The position numbers and the translations under genes were made by a program. Below the pieces are notes generated by a model that saw only the letters and a list, made by a program, of their open reading frames with translations, was not told the DNA's origin and searched no databases. From Octopus vulgaris (Eukaryota), in assembly GCA_951406725.2 (NCBI GenBank), contig OX597815.1:19096001-19160000 (forward strand): a DNA stretch of 64,000 bases. The letters are read 5' to 3'. Below are positions 42,298 to 55,589 of the stretch, piece after piece (positions within the stretch are counted from its first letter, which is position 1; each line of letters begins with the position of its first letter).

Positions 42298-43420
42298 TAT
42301 ACAATTATATACCTGTTGTAATCATTACCTATACTGTTTTTTCCATGCTGACCACTTAATTTGATCGTTATTGGATCTGTTCAGTTTAGCTTACATAATT
42401 TTTGATCAATTCTTTTCTAACTAAACACTTTGAAACTTCGTATACTGGTGGCATTTCTCCCTCAGAACACGGTTTACTTTGAACATTTTTGACAAAATTT
42501 TGTATTTTAGAAGTTATTTCGTGTTAAAGTTGTCGTATTTCGGTAATTTTACCCAATCACCGGCGTGTATTTAGTTGAAGGAAGCTACTCCTGTTTGTGA
42601 TAGTAATTGAAGAGGTACAACTTCCGAGTTATCTCTACTAAATGTCACCACTCTTTTCTATTCGTATGTCGAGCGAAGACGATGTCACCTTTATCCTTTC
42701 TTCCATTCTATTCAGCGCCGTGTGCTCATTACTCTTTCCCTCTCTATTGGCAGACAGCCACTATCAACTAGCAACCAGCGAGCAAACTTGTCACTACCAC
42801 TACAATTACCATATTTTCCGGTGTATAAGCTGGTGTTTTTTTTACCTGGATAATTTAAAGGTGTACCTAATATGTGTACCTTTTTTATAAGTTCCAGGAG
42901 AAAAATAATTTGTATAGGGATAGCGATTGATTCCACTGATATTATGGGGAGGAAAGATTGGTTGGTGAACAACATGAAGGTCTACGGCTACCGCACATTG
43001 GTGGCTGGAAGAAAACAAAGCATATTTGTTTTGTTTTAACTTCATGTTTTGATAATGTTATTTTCAATCTAATAAATACTTTTATATTGACGAAATGTGT
43101 TTGTAGCTGATTATAGTAATCAACTTGAAGAGTATGCAGTCGCTTTCCTCAAAATGTGCAACAAAGGTTAATCTGGCTCCTCAAAGTGCTGTTGACTAAA
43201 ACAAAATTCCGATGCCGACGATGGGTGCGAGCCCCTACAGTATTTTTCATACATATATCACTGCATACATCTCCTGTCTTCGCACCAGGGATCACAGTCG
43301 TAGTTTTTTATTCAGTCTCTCCTAGTAGCTCAGCTATTCCATTGATGCAATCTTCCTTGGGTAGCATCACTGAACCGCTATTAATCTCACACTGAAGGTT
43401 GACCACATATATACATATAC

Positions 43421-43466
<46 letters not shown>

Positions 43467-43468
<2 letters not shown>

Positions 43469-43618
43469 ATCTTTCCTTTTCCTATGTCTCTGACGAAGAG
43501 CTCCGCTCGAAACGTTAAGTTCCCCTTCTTTCTTTCCTTTCCTGAGCGTCGAATAACACTATACTTGTTTCACGTCCTCGCGTTGTTGTGTTTTATCTCT
43601 GTGTTTTCATGTTTGGAT

Positions 43619-43622
<4 letters not shown>
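43467..43622 (+). mobile_element. Short non-coding element in (TA)n carrying a minimal hammerhead motif
   Basis: CUGACGA-A-GAGC-UCC-GCUC-GAAA-CGUU at 43490-43516; (TA)n on both sides; second copy at 60848-61051. Confidence 0.75.
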
Positions 43623-43685
<63 letters not shown>

Positions 43686-43763
43686 ATAGTGATTGTTTCT
43701 TATTAGGAACAATAGGGCTACTAGGACTGCTATAGAAGTGCTCAAGTAAATGAGACGAGTATA

Positions 43764-45093
43764 ACAAACTTTGGCTGCAGAACAACAACAAATTTATGGT
43801 CATCCACCCAACATATCACATCTCGAACATTTAATCACATAATGCCTTTTCTTATACATGGAATACAGATGCAATAATTCATTTAGACAAGCGTATAAAA
43901 AACTGTGTGAGTACAGTCTATAGGAATTAAAAATTAATACTTCAGCGACTAAAAAGAAAAAAAATTAACATTATAACAACTAGAATAATGAATATATAAA
44001 AAATATAAAAATGTATGAATATATAAAAGTACGTATATATAGGAAACATATAAATATATAATATATAAGCTAAGATAAGTTCATCGATTAGGAATTTTTC
44101 GATTAAAAATATTTTTTTTAAAATGTGCAGACGACTCACTGGCTGGCTCCTGAGGACATTCCGGACAAGAGACTGCGAGACCATGTTGACACTATGGAGG
44201 ACATTTGTCCTAAGCCGCCTGGACTACTGCTCCCAACTGTGGTCACCGCATAGTGTCAAACTAACCACAGAGCTTGAGACAATCCAAAGACATTTCACCA
44301 AGAGGATTTCCACCATGAAAGAAAAGAACTATTGGGAGAGGCTTAGGGAACTCAATTTGTACTCCTTGGAACGAAGACGAGAGAGATATGCAGTGATATA
44401 CATATGGAAAATCCTGGAGGGACCAGCACCAAATTTTGGAATTGAGAGCTGTTCCAATCCCCGTACAGGACGTCACTGTGTGGTGCCATAGGTCCCGTCT
44501 TCCACATCCAGGGTAAGGAGCAGATACTGTAATAGCCTGGGGTTCAGGGGCCCTCAGCTTTTCAACAAACTGCCAAGAAAACTAAGAGATCTACATGATG
44601 CGGATGTGGACATTTTCAAAAAACATCTAGACAAGCTGCTTTCCGGGATCCCAGATGAACCCACTGCAAGGTACGAAGGTAACCTAAGGGCAGCAGCTAC
44701 AAACTCTCTCTTAGATCAGTGGCCAGCCACGGCAAACTGGACTTAGAGAGGGTAGCAACAAGGGCGGTGCCCCAGCATGGCCTCAGCCGGATGGCTGAAA
44801 CAAGTAAAAGAGTAAAAGAGTAAAAGAGTAAGGGGAAAACCCATTTAGAAAAGCCAGTGTCTAAGCAAAAAAGAAAAAAAAGCCATATTTAGAGTCCCTA
44901 AATTTTTAATTGCGATAGACTGTACTGACACATTTTTTTAATATGCTTGTCTAAATGAATTATTTTTTCAGGTTCTGTGATTTTATGCACCTGTATTCTA
45001 TGTATAAGAAAAACATTATGTGATTAAATGTTCGAGATGTGATATGTTGGGTGGATGACCTTAAATTTGTTGTTTGTTCTAAACCAAAGTTTG

Positions 45094-45094
<1 letters not shown>
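43764..45094. mobile_element. Element with ~170-195 bp inverted repeats (43764-43935 / 44901-45094) hosting a LINE 3' fragment
   Basis: ggtcatccacccaacatatcacatctcgaacatttaatcacataatg is present in reverse complement at ~45015-45060. Confidence 0.85.
44123..44830 (+). mobile_element. 5'-truncated CR1/L2-group LINE 3' end with (GTAAAAGA)n tail
   Basis: LWRTFVLSRLDYCSQLWSP...LETIQRHFTKRI...YWERLRELNLYSLERRRERY; frame continues past one stop at 44489-44491 (GPQLFNKLP...FKKHLDKLL..IPDEP) to 44746. Confidence 0.92.
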
Positions 45095-45158
<64 letters not shown>

Positions 45159-45382
45159 GCATAAATATATATATATAGCATAAATATATATATATAGCAT
45201 AAATATATGCATGCATACATATACAGCTCAAGCATAGCGGTATTGTTATGATTCCATGCTTGTATCTATCTATCTATATATATGTGTGTGTTTGTGTGTG
45301 TGTGTTTGCGTGTGTGTATGCATACATGTATAAATACACACATATATATATGTATATATATATGCATACACACATGCATACA

Positions 45383-45456
<74 letters not shown>

Positions 45457-45696
45457 ATTTAGAGATAGTAGTCCCCTTCATCCCACCATATAAAAGAATT
45501 TTAATTTAATACTTACTTCTCATTTCTCTGCTACACGTGTTTCTTGAGATTATTTTACGGTTCCTTAAGCAAGCAGTGTTTTGCAGGAACCTTTCTTAAA
45601 ATGTAACCCCAATCATCAGGTCTCTAAATAACTTTATTATAGTTCGATACCAAATACTATATTTTAATTTTAACAGATAAGTATTCGTATGTGTAA

Positions 45697-46608
45697 ATAG
45701 GTTCGCCGGACCTTACTGTGCAAGCCATAATTTAATTCAAATAAACTTAATAAAAAAAAATCAAATAAAAATGAATAAAAAATAATAATTTACAAAAACT
45801 AAATTCTCACGTAACTTATGTCACTAAACATTCATTTAAAATTAATAATATGTAGGGATAAAAATAAAATATATACTTGTGATGATATAATAATGAAAGC
45901 AATGACAAGTAAATATATTCGAATAAAAATGAAGGCAAATGACAAAATGCAAAAGGAAAATTTACAAATGATACGAATGATAAAAATAAAAAAATTTACA
46001 AAGTAAAAATAACTTAAGGGTAACGTAAAAAAATGTCGTAAAAAATATGTATAAACTACCGTTGACTACCATTGTCCTACTACTTATTTCGTTAAGCCAA
46101 AATTAAAACTCGATATCCACGAAATACTCATGCTTTCTGATTTTAATTCTAAAAACCTTTCTGACGACCGTCTTTCTAATCCTGAAAAATATCTTAACCA
46201 TTGGTCCAGACGTCTGGCCGTGATGAGGGAACAGACAAAGAGACGGACAGACGGACGTAAAACCCATTATAGTAGAATAGTAATCCTGCACCTCTACAAT
46301 AGAACATAAATAGATAGTATTGCAAATCTAAACCCTCTAAACTCCCGAATTATACAGGGGAGAAATCCAGAGTTAATTCTCGTCGCTGTGATTTTAACAA
46401 AAAAATATCAAAGGTGATTTATTAACAAAAAAAACTAAATATCCACTAAATAATCATACTTTTTCACTTTTTTTTTCGCTAAAAACATTCTTTATTACCT
46501 CCTTCGTAATCCAGAAAAACATCGTGACAATTGGTCCAGCCGTATGACCGTGAAGAGGGAACTGACAGACGGAAGGACCGACGGACATAATGCCCACTAT
46601 AGAAAGAT
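45697..46608 (-). mobile_element. Two Helitron-like non-autonomous 5' ends (near 46278 and 46607)
   Basis: Two similar minus-strand segments: tc(t)..ctata...gtccgtc(tgtc)...ttccctc(a/t)tcacgg...ctggaccaat. Putative 3' end near 45697 is degenerate. Confidence 0.5.
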
Positions 46609-47344
46609 ACTGCGCAAAACTAGTTTTCTTCTATTTGGGAAACTATGAAAGTTACATATAATATCAATATGACCGTTCGATAAATGCACAGCGTAGTAAA
46701 TTACGTCCCTTTATGTCATAATAAGACGATTAACTCTTCCTATTGTATTATCAAAAGAGATAAAATAAGTACTATCAGAATTACAGAGCTTGATCTAATC
46801 GACGAAAATCTTTACAGTAATAGTTTGATCGTGTGTGTAGGTTAGAAGTAATTAGTATTGATATAGCTGAGATGTATTCAAACATACATGTTTGTCTTGA
46901 ATTAGTAGTACATTGAATAGGTAATTCACTAATATAAAACTATCGTGAACCTGTAGCGCAGGTTCTACATGGTCGAGCGATCAAATTTACTTCTAATCGC
47001 ATTCTAAAACCTGGGAGAATACAATAAATTATAGAATAATTCAATATAATACACTGCACCAGTAGGACATTTTCTACTTTATTCTAGTACGCTAAATCAA
47101 GGTTAGCATAGGACTAAACAAGAGCAATATTACGAAACCGAGATCCACTAAATATTTTTCATTGAATATAAACTCTCAAATATAATGACGACTGAAATCA
47201 ATTGAATGGAATTCAATTTCGGTTCATAGACCGTGGTTCTTCTGAACTCCTCTTCAGTTGGTTTCTTGCAATACGTGACTGGGTACAAAGAACATTTACA
47301 CGAACTGATATTTACTTTATGAATATCTCCTGGTTTAAATATAT

Positions 47345-47573
47345 ATTTCTTTACTACCCATAATGGGCTAAACATAGAGGGGACAAACAAGAACAGACAA
47401 ACGGATTAAGTCGATTACATCGACCCAGTGCGAAACTGGTACTTTATTTATCGACCCCGAGAGAATGAAAGACAAAGTCGACCTCGGCGGAATTTGAACT
47501 CAGAACGTAACCACAGACGAAATACGGCTAAGCATTTCGCCCGGCGCGCTAACGTTTCTGCCAGCTCGCCACC
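47345..47573 (-). mobile_element. SINE family A monomer with 17-bp TSD
   Basis: TSD tcctggtttaaatatat at 47328-47344 and 47576-47592. Confidence 0.93.
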
Positions 47574-47790
47574 TTTCCTGGTTTAAATATATCTGACATC
47601 TCACAACTCTGACCACTTAGCAGGCCAGGCCTTATCTACTAACTAGGGAGATTGTAGAATGGAAAAATTATGAAGTTAAGAACATCATTATCGCAAATGC
47701 TTCCGCACATAACATCACTGTTCCTCTACATACTGACGATAAGGACAGCCATTGTCTGTGTGTGTTATTTGTTTGTGTGTGTGTGTGTGT

Positions 47791-47823
<33 letters not shown>

Positions 47824-49659
47824 ATATGTACGATTCTCGAAGGCCTTGTTGCGAACTTTGGCATATGAGAAAACAACGGGACGGGGATGTACTCTCAGAT
47901 TTCACCACTCATCTTTTTAAGTATCTCTCAAAATGCTCTATAGTAAAAGCCCTAGCACTGAGATAGTTGACCACATCACCTCAATTTGATGAGCCACGAA
48001 TTAGAGGTGTTCTTTTTATATTGAACCGAAAGCAACAGGTAATAAACCGAAACAACACGAGAATACATAAAATATTCAACACTGAATGCAGATGGTTAAA
48101 GCAAAGTAGTGAAGTGAAGAACCTCAGGCCTCAAGGGCAACATAACGATACAGTGAAGGTGTATTTATTTTATTTATCACGCACAGCTTAATAAATAATC
48201 AGAAATCAACATTAACTGAACACATAGCGAATACAGCCAGCCAAACTGTTTAAATTCAACTACAATTATTAGTTTTACCAGAGTTAAACACCTCCTCATC
48301 TTCTTTCTTATGAATATCTTTCAACTTATCAAACATTGGCCACGAGCTGAAAAACATCAGCCAACATTGACTATTGATTAAGCCGCTTGCCCAACTAAAA
48401 CACTAATTAACTTGACAACTGATGTACCAAGCTCAACTAAAAAGTAATTATTTGATTACGACCATATCTAGTCTATAATAATTAGAAATCTCATGAGCTT
48501 AACATCTGGCATTAGATGTGTACATTTTTTTCTTGTTTTTATCCATATATACATACACGGTTACATGACTGAGCATTATATGTGGGTGTGTTTGTGTGTA
48601 TATGTAAATGTACACGCACATAAACATACATATAGTGATATATGAATAGATGCGAGTGTGTATGTACGTATGCGTATATATACATGTGCATATATATATG
48701 CATATATATATATATACATATATAAATACATATATATATATATATGTGTGTATGTGAGTGTGTGTGAGAGAGAGTATATATATGTGCCTGTATATGTACA
48801 TAGATATACATTAATACATATGTATACACACACACACACTTATATATATATACACACACACACATATATATATATATATATTTGTGTGTATGTATATACA
48901 TATCCGTGTTAGTGCGTGTGTAAGTGTGTGGCTATGGTTGTGCATGTATATACATGTATATTTTAAGTATACCTGGGTGTATATTAGAGTTTGAATGCAC
49001 CGTAGTTGATATATTGCCGATGCTATATAATGGAAGTTCTATAATATTATTTTCCGACGCTTTATTTCACATTCCCTAATTTAAGTAATTTATCTAAAAT
49101 GTCTTACGTACATAAAATATTCATTATTTACCTCGTACATATGTACGCCATATGCTTTATTTGAGTGCTGCTGATACAGATAAAGAGATATTTTCGCTTT
49201 TCACCTTTACTACAACTTTCCAGAAGCTAGCATATAGCATGTTATGTGTTCGTTAATTCTTTATTAGTGATCGAGGCTGGATTGCGAACGATGAAATTTT
49301 CTTCAATCACATATCTGGTAGATAATTTTGTTTTGTATCTAAATCTTATTGTGGAATTATTTTGGTACTTAGGTCATATGTATATAATGTGCCCTAAAAT
49401 AAAAAAAAGGTCAGATTATATGACGTCGATTTCGTGCAAATTTCGATAAGAAAAATTACAAGATGTTGAAAAATAGCAAACAAGTATGGCAAATAGAGAT
49501 TTAAAAAAAATTACCTAGGATTTGCGCAAATGCGTATTTCAGTAATAATCTCCTTATAAAAAAATATTCTTATGTTATTTCTCTTTTGCCTGGGTAACCA
49601 TTATACTAATTTCTCATATATATTTCTACCAAGATATACACACAAACATGCACAGAGAC

Positions 49660-49702
49660 AGACAGACACACACACACACACAAACACACACATGTGCATA
49701 CA

Positions 49703-49749
<47 letters not shown>

Positions 49750-49798
49750 TTATATATTTATATATATTTATATATACGCATATAACCATCTATCTACC

Positions 49799-49848
<50 letters not shown>

Positions 49849-49916
49849 TAGATATATATATATAAATATATATAAATTATATATATTTATATATACGTAT
49901 ATAACCATCTATCTAC

Positions 49917-49994
<78 letters not shown>

Positions 49995-50016
49995 ATGTAT
50001 GTATGTATGTATATAC

Positions 50017-50070
<54 letters not shown>
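49660..50070. repeat. (TA)n-rich compound repeat with duplicated 40-bp spacer
   Basis: tatatttatatatacg(c/t)atataaccatctatctacctg occurs twice (~49762, ~49882). Confidence 0.85.
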
Positions 50071-50071
<1 letters not shown>

Positions 50072-50257
50072 GTCTAGATATATGTGTGTGTATATGCATA
50101 TGCAGCTATCTTCTTGTATATATAGAGAGACAAACAATCAGAGACAGAGAGAGAGATGGATCATAATGAATGAAAGAGCGAGATATATTTAGCTGTGTAC
50201 ATAGATCTAAATAGAAGATACTTCCATTGTCTCCTTTATACACGAATAATTCTTAAA

Positions 50258-51437
50258 CGAGAGGGTACCCAAAAGTAACCGGAAACTTTCTTTGTGGAAC
50301 AAGCCGTAGTAGTTCAGGCTTCCGCCACTAGAAACCAATCGATACGACCCTCAGGCATCACTCTGCCGATCTGCGTTTTCCAAGGTCATACAGCCGCGTG
50401 GTACGTCTTTGTTTTGCAGTGGTACTCCCGTGTTCGTCGATTTTTGCGATGGCTGAAGCGAAGAAACAGCGTGCTTCCGTGAAATTCTGTGTTCTGCTGT
50501 GGAAAACAGCAGCTGAAACAGTTGTCATGCTTCAAACAACTTGCAAAGCCGCTGTCATGAGCAAAAAGCAGGTTTACGAATGGTTTTTATGCTTTAGGGA
50601 TGGTCACTTGTCGCTTGAGGTCCAACCTCATTCAGGTACTCCTGAACGAATGAAATCATCATGAAAATTTATGAGCTGATTTGGAGGACCGTCACCGGAC
50701 AACTGGCGAACTTGTTGATATGATTGATGTGTCCTAGAGCTCCAGCCAACGAATTTTGAACGGGGAATTGCGAATGAAATGTACTGCAGCAAAATTTGTA
50801 CCTCGCTTGCTCACAGAAAATCAAAAGTAATCACAACTGGATGCGTATCGTGAACTGAAAGAACTGCTGAAATTTCATCCGGCCTTTTTTCCTAATGTCA
50901 TCACTCTGGTGACGAAATCTGGTGCTACACAGTTTGTGGAGGCACGTGGCCTAGTGGTTAGCGCAGTGGATCCGCGGTCGAGGGATCGCGGGTTCGAATC
51001 TCAGACCGGGCGATGTGTGTGCTTATGAGCGAAATACCTAAGCTCCACGCGGCTCTCTGCGAAACCTCTGCTGACTCTTTTGCCACAACTTTCTCTCACT
51101 CTTTCCTCCTGCATCTTGCAGCGCACCTGCGACGGCCCGGCGTCCCGTCCAGGTGGGGAACCTATACGCCAAGGAAACGGGAAACCGGCTCTTATGAGCC
51201 AGGTATGGCTCGAGAAGGAAGGTGCTACACAGTTTGCTGGTGTGGAAGAGATGAAAACAAAAACAACGTAGGCGTTAAAGACATCACTTCGCACTGCTTC
51301 CAACAGTGTTAAAACATGTCTGGATCGATGTATTGCTTCAAATAGAAAACATTTTCAAGGTGGTAAAAGTATATACATGTAATAAAAGTCAATAAAATAA
51401 TATTGCAAAATTCCGGTTTCTTTTGGGTACCTCCTCT
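50258..51437 (+). mobile_element. Internally deleted mariner (Tc1/mariner) DNA transposon
   Basis: TIRs ggtacccaaaagtaaccggaa / ttccggtttcttttgggtacc, TA at right flank. Transposase HTH MAEAKKQRASVKFCVLLWKTAAETVVML...QVYEWF..FRDG...PHSG, FVPRLLTENQK, GDEIWCY, then jumps to C-terminal VEEMKTKTT...LDRCIASN..HFQG. Confidence 0.92.
50937..51220 (+). mobile_element. tRNA-derived SINE nested in mariner, 16-bp TSD
   Basis: A-box tggcctagtgg, B-box ggttcgaatc; TSD ggtgctacacagtttg at 50921-50936 and 51221-51236. Confidence 0.93.
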
Positions 51438-51999
51438 TATTTATTAGAATGTTTCATTTCACAAAATTAATTGTGATCTTTATAAGTTGACCTTGTTATA
51501 ATCATTTATATCTTTAGATAATGTATACGTGTGTGTATGTACTGCTTAGCAGTGTATTGTAAGCTTTAACATTGTAAAAGTTGGACATCAAATTTTCTCT
51601 CTGGGCGAGGTTTTGAAGCTTTGTATGAGTCTTCTAATATAATTCGGGATTTTAGGAAGGTATATATTCACGCAGCTGTTGTTTACACTGAAATGAAAAT
51701 ATTTCCAAATGAGAAACGATGAAAATACTATATTCTCTATTACCATAGCGTGTATAAGTATTGATTACTTCGTGGGGAGTGTTTGTGGATCTTTACATTG
51801 GTTTCGTGAACCAAATGACTCACCTACATCATTTGTATTCTTACCTTTGAATTCGAATTCTCCTTTCAGGATCATACTTCCTATAATTTGTGAGTATCTC
51901 TAATTAGAAATGTAATTTTATTTATAGATATTTTTCTTCAATAAAATTATAGTTTTTTAACCTCACTCTGGAAAAGTAAGCTGAATGACACACATAGGC

Positions 52000-53100
52000 T
52001 TCATTCCTTTGGGATAAAAATTATAAATTACTCGCCTTCTTGAACCCCCACCAGTCAAAGACTGTCTATCCAAAGAATGTCCACGAAGAGATTATTAGAT
52101 GTTATAGTGCACACAAACTAAATATCTATTGCGTATTTAACATTAGCATACATTCTTAGCCGCACTAAGAAAAAATTTAAAATTTATACTTGAAATTTGG
52201 TTCTTCTTGAAATCCTTACCTTTGGCACCAAGCTTTAATTAACAGATGTTGTGAGTTCATGCACTTTTGTACACATCTGTCAGTCTCCTTAAGATGAGTT
52301 GAAGTTTGTATACATTATAAAGGACTAAAGTCTACTAAACAATCCATGGGTACAAGGTAGCGGTTCTTTTTTCTGATGAATATCTCAGAAGATTTTATAT
52401 TTGTCAAACTATGGAGAGTTAAAACCTATACTGTTGCCAGTTTTTTTATATATTATTTTCACGTGGACGCTAAAATTATATTTATTAAAAAGAATTATAC
52501 ATCATATTTAAAGTTATTCAAAAGCGCTACACACTGCACTATCAATTAATTACAGTACACTAATTAATTAAGTCGTCGAGATTTCTGCTAAAGCCAACCG
52601 CACCCATATTAGTGGTAAAATAAAAAAAATAATCTTAATAATGAATAAAAAATATTGCATCAAAAGAAGAGAAATATAAAAGGACAGCAATGAAAGATGA
52701 ATGAGTATATATAAATTAGATGTCGTTTCCATCAATAAATTACACATTTACTCAACATATATTTAATGCAAAACTCTTATATGCAAACTCAGAACGAAGA
52801 ATGAATTCATTGTCACCGGAAGAATAATTGGCTTATTATTATATAGAAATAAAGGTGAAACAATATTTTAATGGATATATATATTCGACATGGTTGACAA
52901 AGAAATGCACGTGAAGGAAATAGCTGACTTCTATATGAATATAAATTAGTACTTGTCGTTCGGATAATGGACAAATGATAAAACGTTTAAAAGGAATAGA
53001 TCGATGTGATAAATTTTATCTTAATGTACTTTAATTGCACTCGTGCAATACAAAGGCCTTTTTAATATATTCTTTTGTAACGACTTTGAACTGTTCAAAA
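52000..53100 (+). pseudogene. Possible decayed Penelope-like RT relic
   Basis: Ordered remnants QSMGTR (~52345, cf. AMGT), YFHVDA (~52460), TLHYQLIT (~52535), LKPT (~52590). Confidence 0.4.
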
Positions 53101-55017
53101 TTTTAAACATCTAAAGAAAAATTATGTTTTAAAATGATTCAATAAATATACACAGTTTATGAATGATTGATTTAATCCCGATATCGATGATGTACAATAA
53201 TGCATGTTAACCTTCTATAAATCTGAAGTGTGATCATGCGAGACAAGGTGAATATCTTCAATGAAAATCAGATATTAGCTACTGTTATTGAGCATTTGAT
53301 TACAGAGAAACTTAGAACAATACTTTATTTTAATGACACATGATTTGATCAGAATATTTCAGAAATCTTTGTATGCTACTGTTAAAATATACAGATTCCA
53401 CTTTAATTTCAATCTTTTATATATTTGTAAATAAATTATTTTCCGTGTATTTCTGTTTAACATAAATTCAGTTTCACAATAAACTTTAGTTTCGTGATTT
53501 CTAATAATATTGTGATTCACTAATGATATTCATAAACAGCAATGTTTTTATAGTAGTATTATTTCGTTTAGATCAGCCATTAGGAAAAACAGTTGAGAAC
53601 TGGGGGGGAAAAAAAGAGGTTTTTCAGTATTTGGGTATTTCCCTTTATTTCCTGAGTTGAAATGGTATAAGAGACGACTGGGTTTCATTCCCTCGGTAGT
53701 TATAAAATAAGAATTAGTCAAGTACTGGCGTGAAAATAATCAAATAATACCTCAATCAAAAACGTTAAATAGATGACATTGTTTATAGATTGATAGAGGA
53801 ATCAATGTTTTCCACATTAAATATATTAGTAAATGAGTTTATGTTTAAGGCGCTCGAATCATAGCCACATGGCACCAGTTTTGATTGCGCTTCGCCGTAA
53901 CGTGAACAGGTTATTTACATTTACTATACGTAAATTGTGCTCAGAATATGTGTGCGTGTGTATATGTCTGTCAGGGTGCGGACGTGTGTGTGTGTGTGTG
54001 TGTGTCAGTCTGGAATTGAATAATCGGTGCGACGAGCAAAATTACTCTGCAGAATTCGATTTTGGAAAACGTTACGACTCATTACGCAAAGGCTTTTGCC
54101 TTACAACTGTGTTATAAAGTAGTAAGCAAAATACTGTGTAGATATAATCGAGAAAGCCATTGGATGCGTTGTTCCTGGTACGACCGGAAAGTGAGAAACC
54201 AATAACAGAATATTATTTCATTATTTCATTTTAATAACCATTTGTAATTCGTTTACAACATATACCAGTTTATGATATATATACTCTACAGATATCAACA
54301 TATATAGAAGGGAATGAATGATGAGATAATCAATATATGCATGTTTAGAAGAGATGTACGGAGCACAACAGCTAAGAGCAGTGCTAAGCTTTTCTATTTC
54401 AGTTTGAATCTCACTGCCATCGTCAAACTGACGCTACTTTCTCTAAGTCAATAAAAAGTAATAACACCAAATAGACTTGTCAATTTACTATACAATGCTT
54501 ACACCTACTAACACCGATAAACTACAAAAGAAAACAATATGTAATATTTGAGTAATGCCCAATAAATAGATTTCTAAGATAATCTATTGAAATTAATGTG
54601 TGTAAGATTTGCACAGTGATGTATCTATTAACAAAGGATACGAGAAAAAAACTGACACTACTTGAAGTTATGATATGCCTTCTAATTAAGTTAGATCATG
54701 ATTTTAAATACTCTTTTGCCAACTAATGGCAAAAATAAATTGGAATTTTATCTCAAGTTAATTAATTATTAATTTGTGTTAAGTGTTTAGGAAGATAACT
54801 ATCAAAATTGTAAGCTTATTATTGTCAGATTGAAAGGCAATAATAGGTGCACGTTGTTTCGTAAAATGATGCAGAGCCTAATCAGTTTGGAAAGGAGACC
54901 GTCACAAAAGAGTTGCAAAATTCAGTTTTATAGCTATCTTGTAAAGGCGAGCGCACACACGTGTCTTTGTGTGTATATATATATGTGTGTGTGTATTTAT
55001 GTGTATATATATATATA

Positions 55018-55120
<103 letters not shown>

Positions 55121-55373
55121 CCATAAGTATAGTCATCACTAAAGAGACAAGGACCGCTAGTAAGCGCCAGCATTGCTTGGAATATGAGTCAAAAGAATTC
55201 TTAGCCACGTGAGAGCTCTTTTCTAACGGCTGACAAGGGAGAGGACAAGCGACAGAGGCCGCTAGTTAGCAGCAGCATTGCTAGAAATAATAGTCAAAAC
55301 AACTCCTAGTCACGTGTGAGCACTTTTCTAACGGCTGACAAGAGAGACTGGATCCCTGTCTACGACAAGGGAG

Positions 55374-55429
55374 ATGGAGTCATATAAGCGCTGATTTCAA
55401 ATTTAATCAATCTTCATCAGTGACCCCAT
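55374..55429 (-). ncRNA. Apparently complete type I hammerhead ribozyme
   Basis: Minus strand AUGGGGUCA-CUGAUGA-AGAUU-GAUUA-AAUUU-GAAA-UCAGCGCUUA-UA-UGACUCCAU: 9-bp stem I, intact core, 5-bp stem II, near-palindromic stem III, AUA triplet. Confidence 0.8.
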
Positions 55430-55589
55430 TACTCCGTCGCTATGACTAAAAGTTATTTTGACTCTTATTTCTACCAATGCTAGTTCTCACTAGAAGACGA
55501 CTGTACGTCTTGCCTATCGTTTCTGAACTGCGAATAGCCACCTTAATAATTTATATGCATATATTATCCGAAATGTATAGTATTAAATG

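Noticed and set aside
50937-51010. tRNA-like sequences (also 14375, 61594)
   Set aside because: They are SINE heads continuous with SINE bodies and bounded by TSDs; acceptor stems are not intact.
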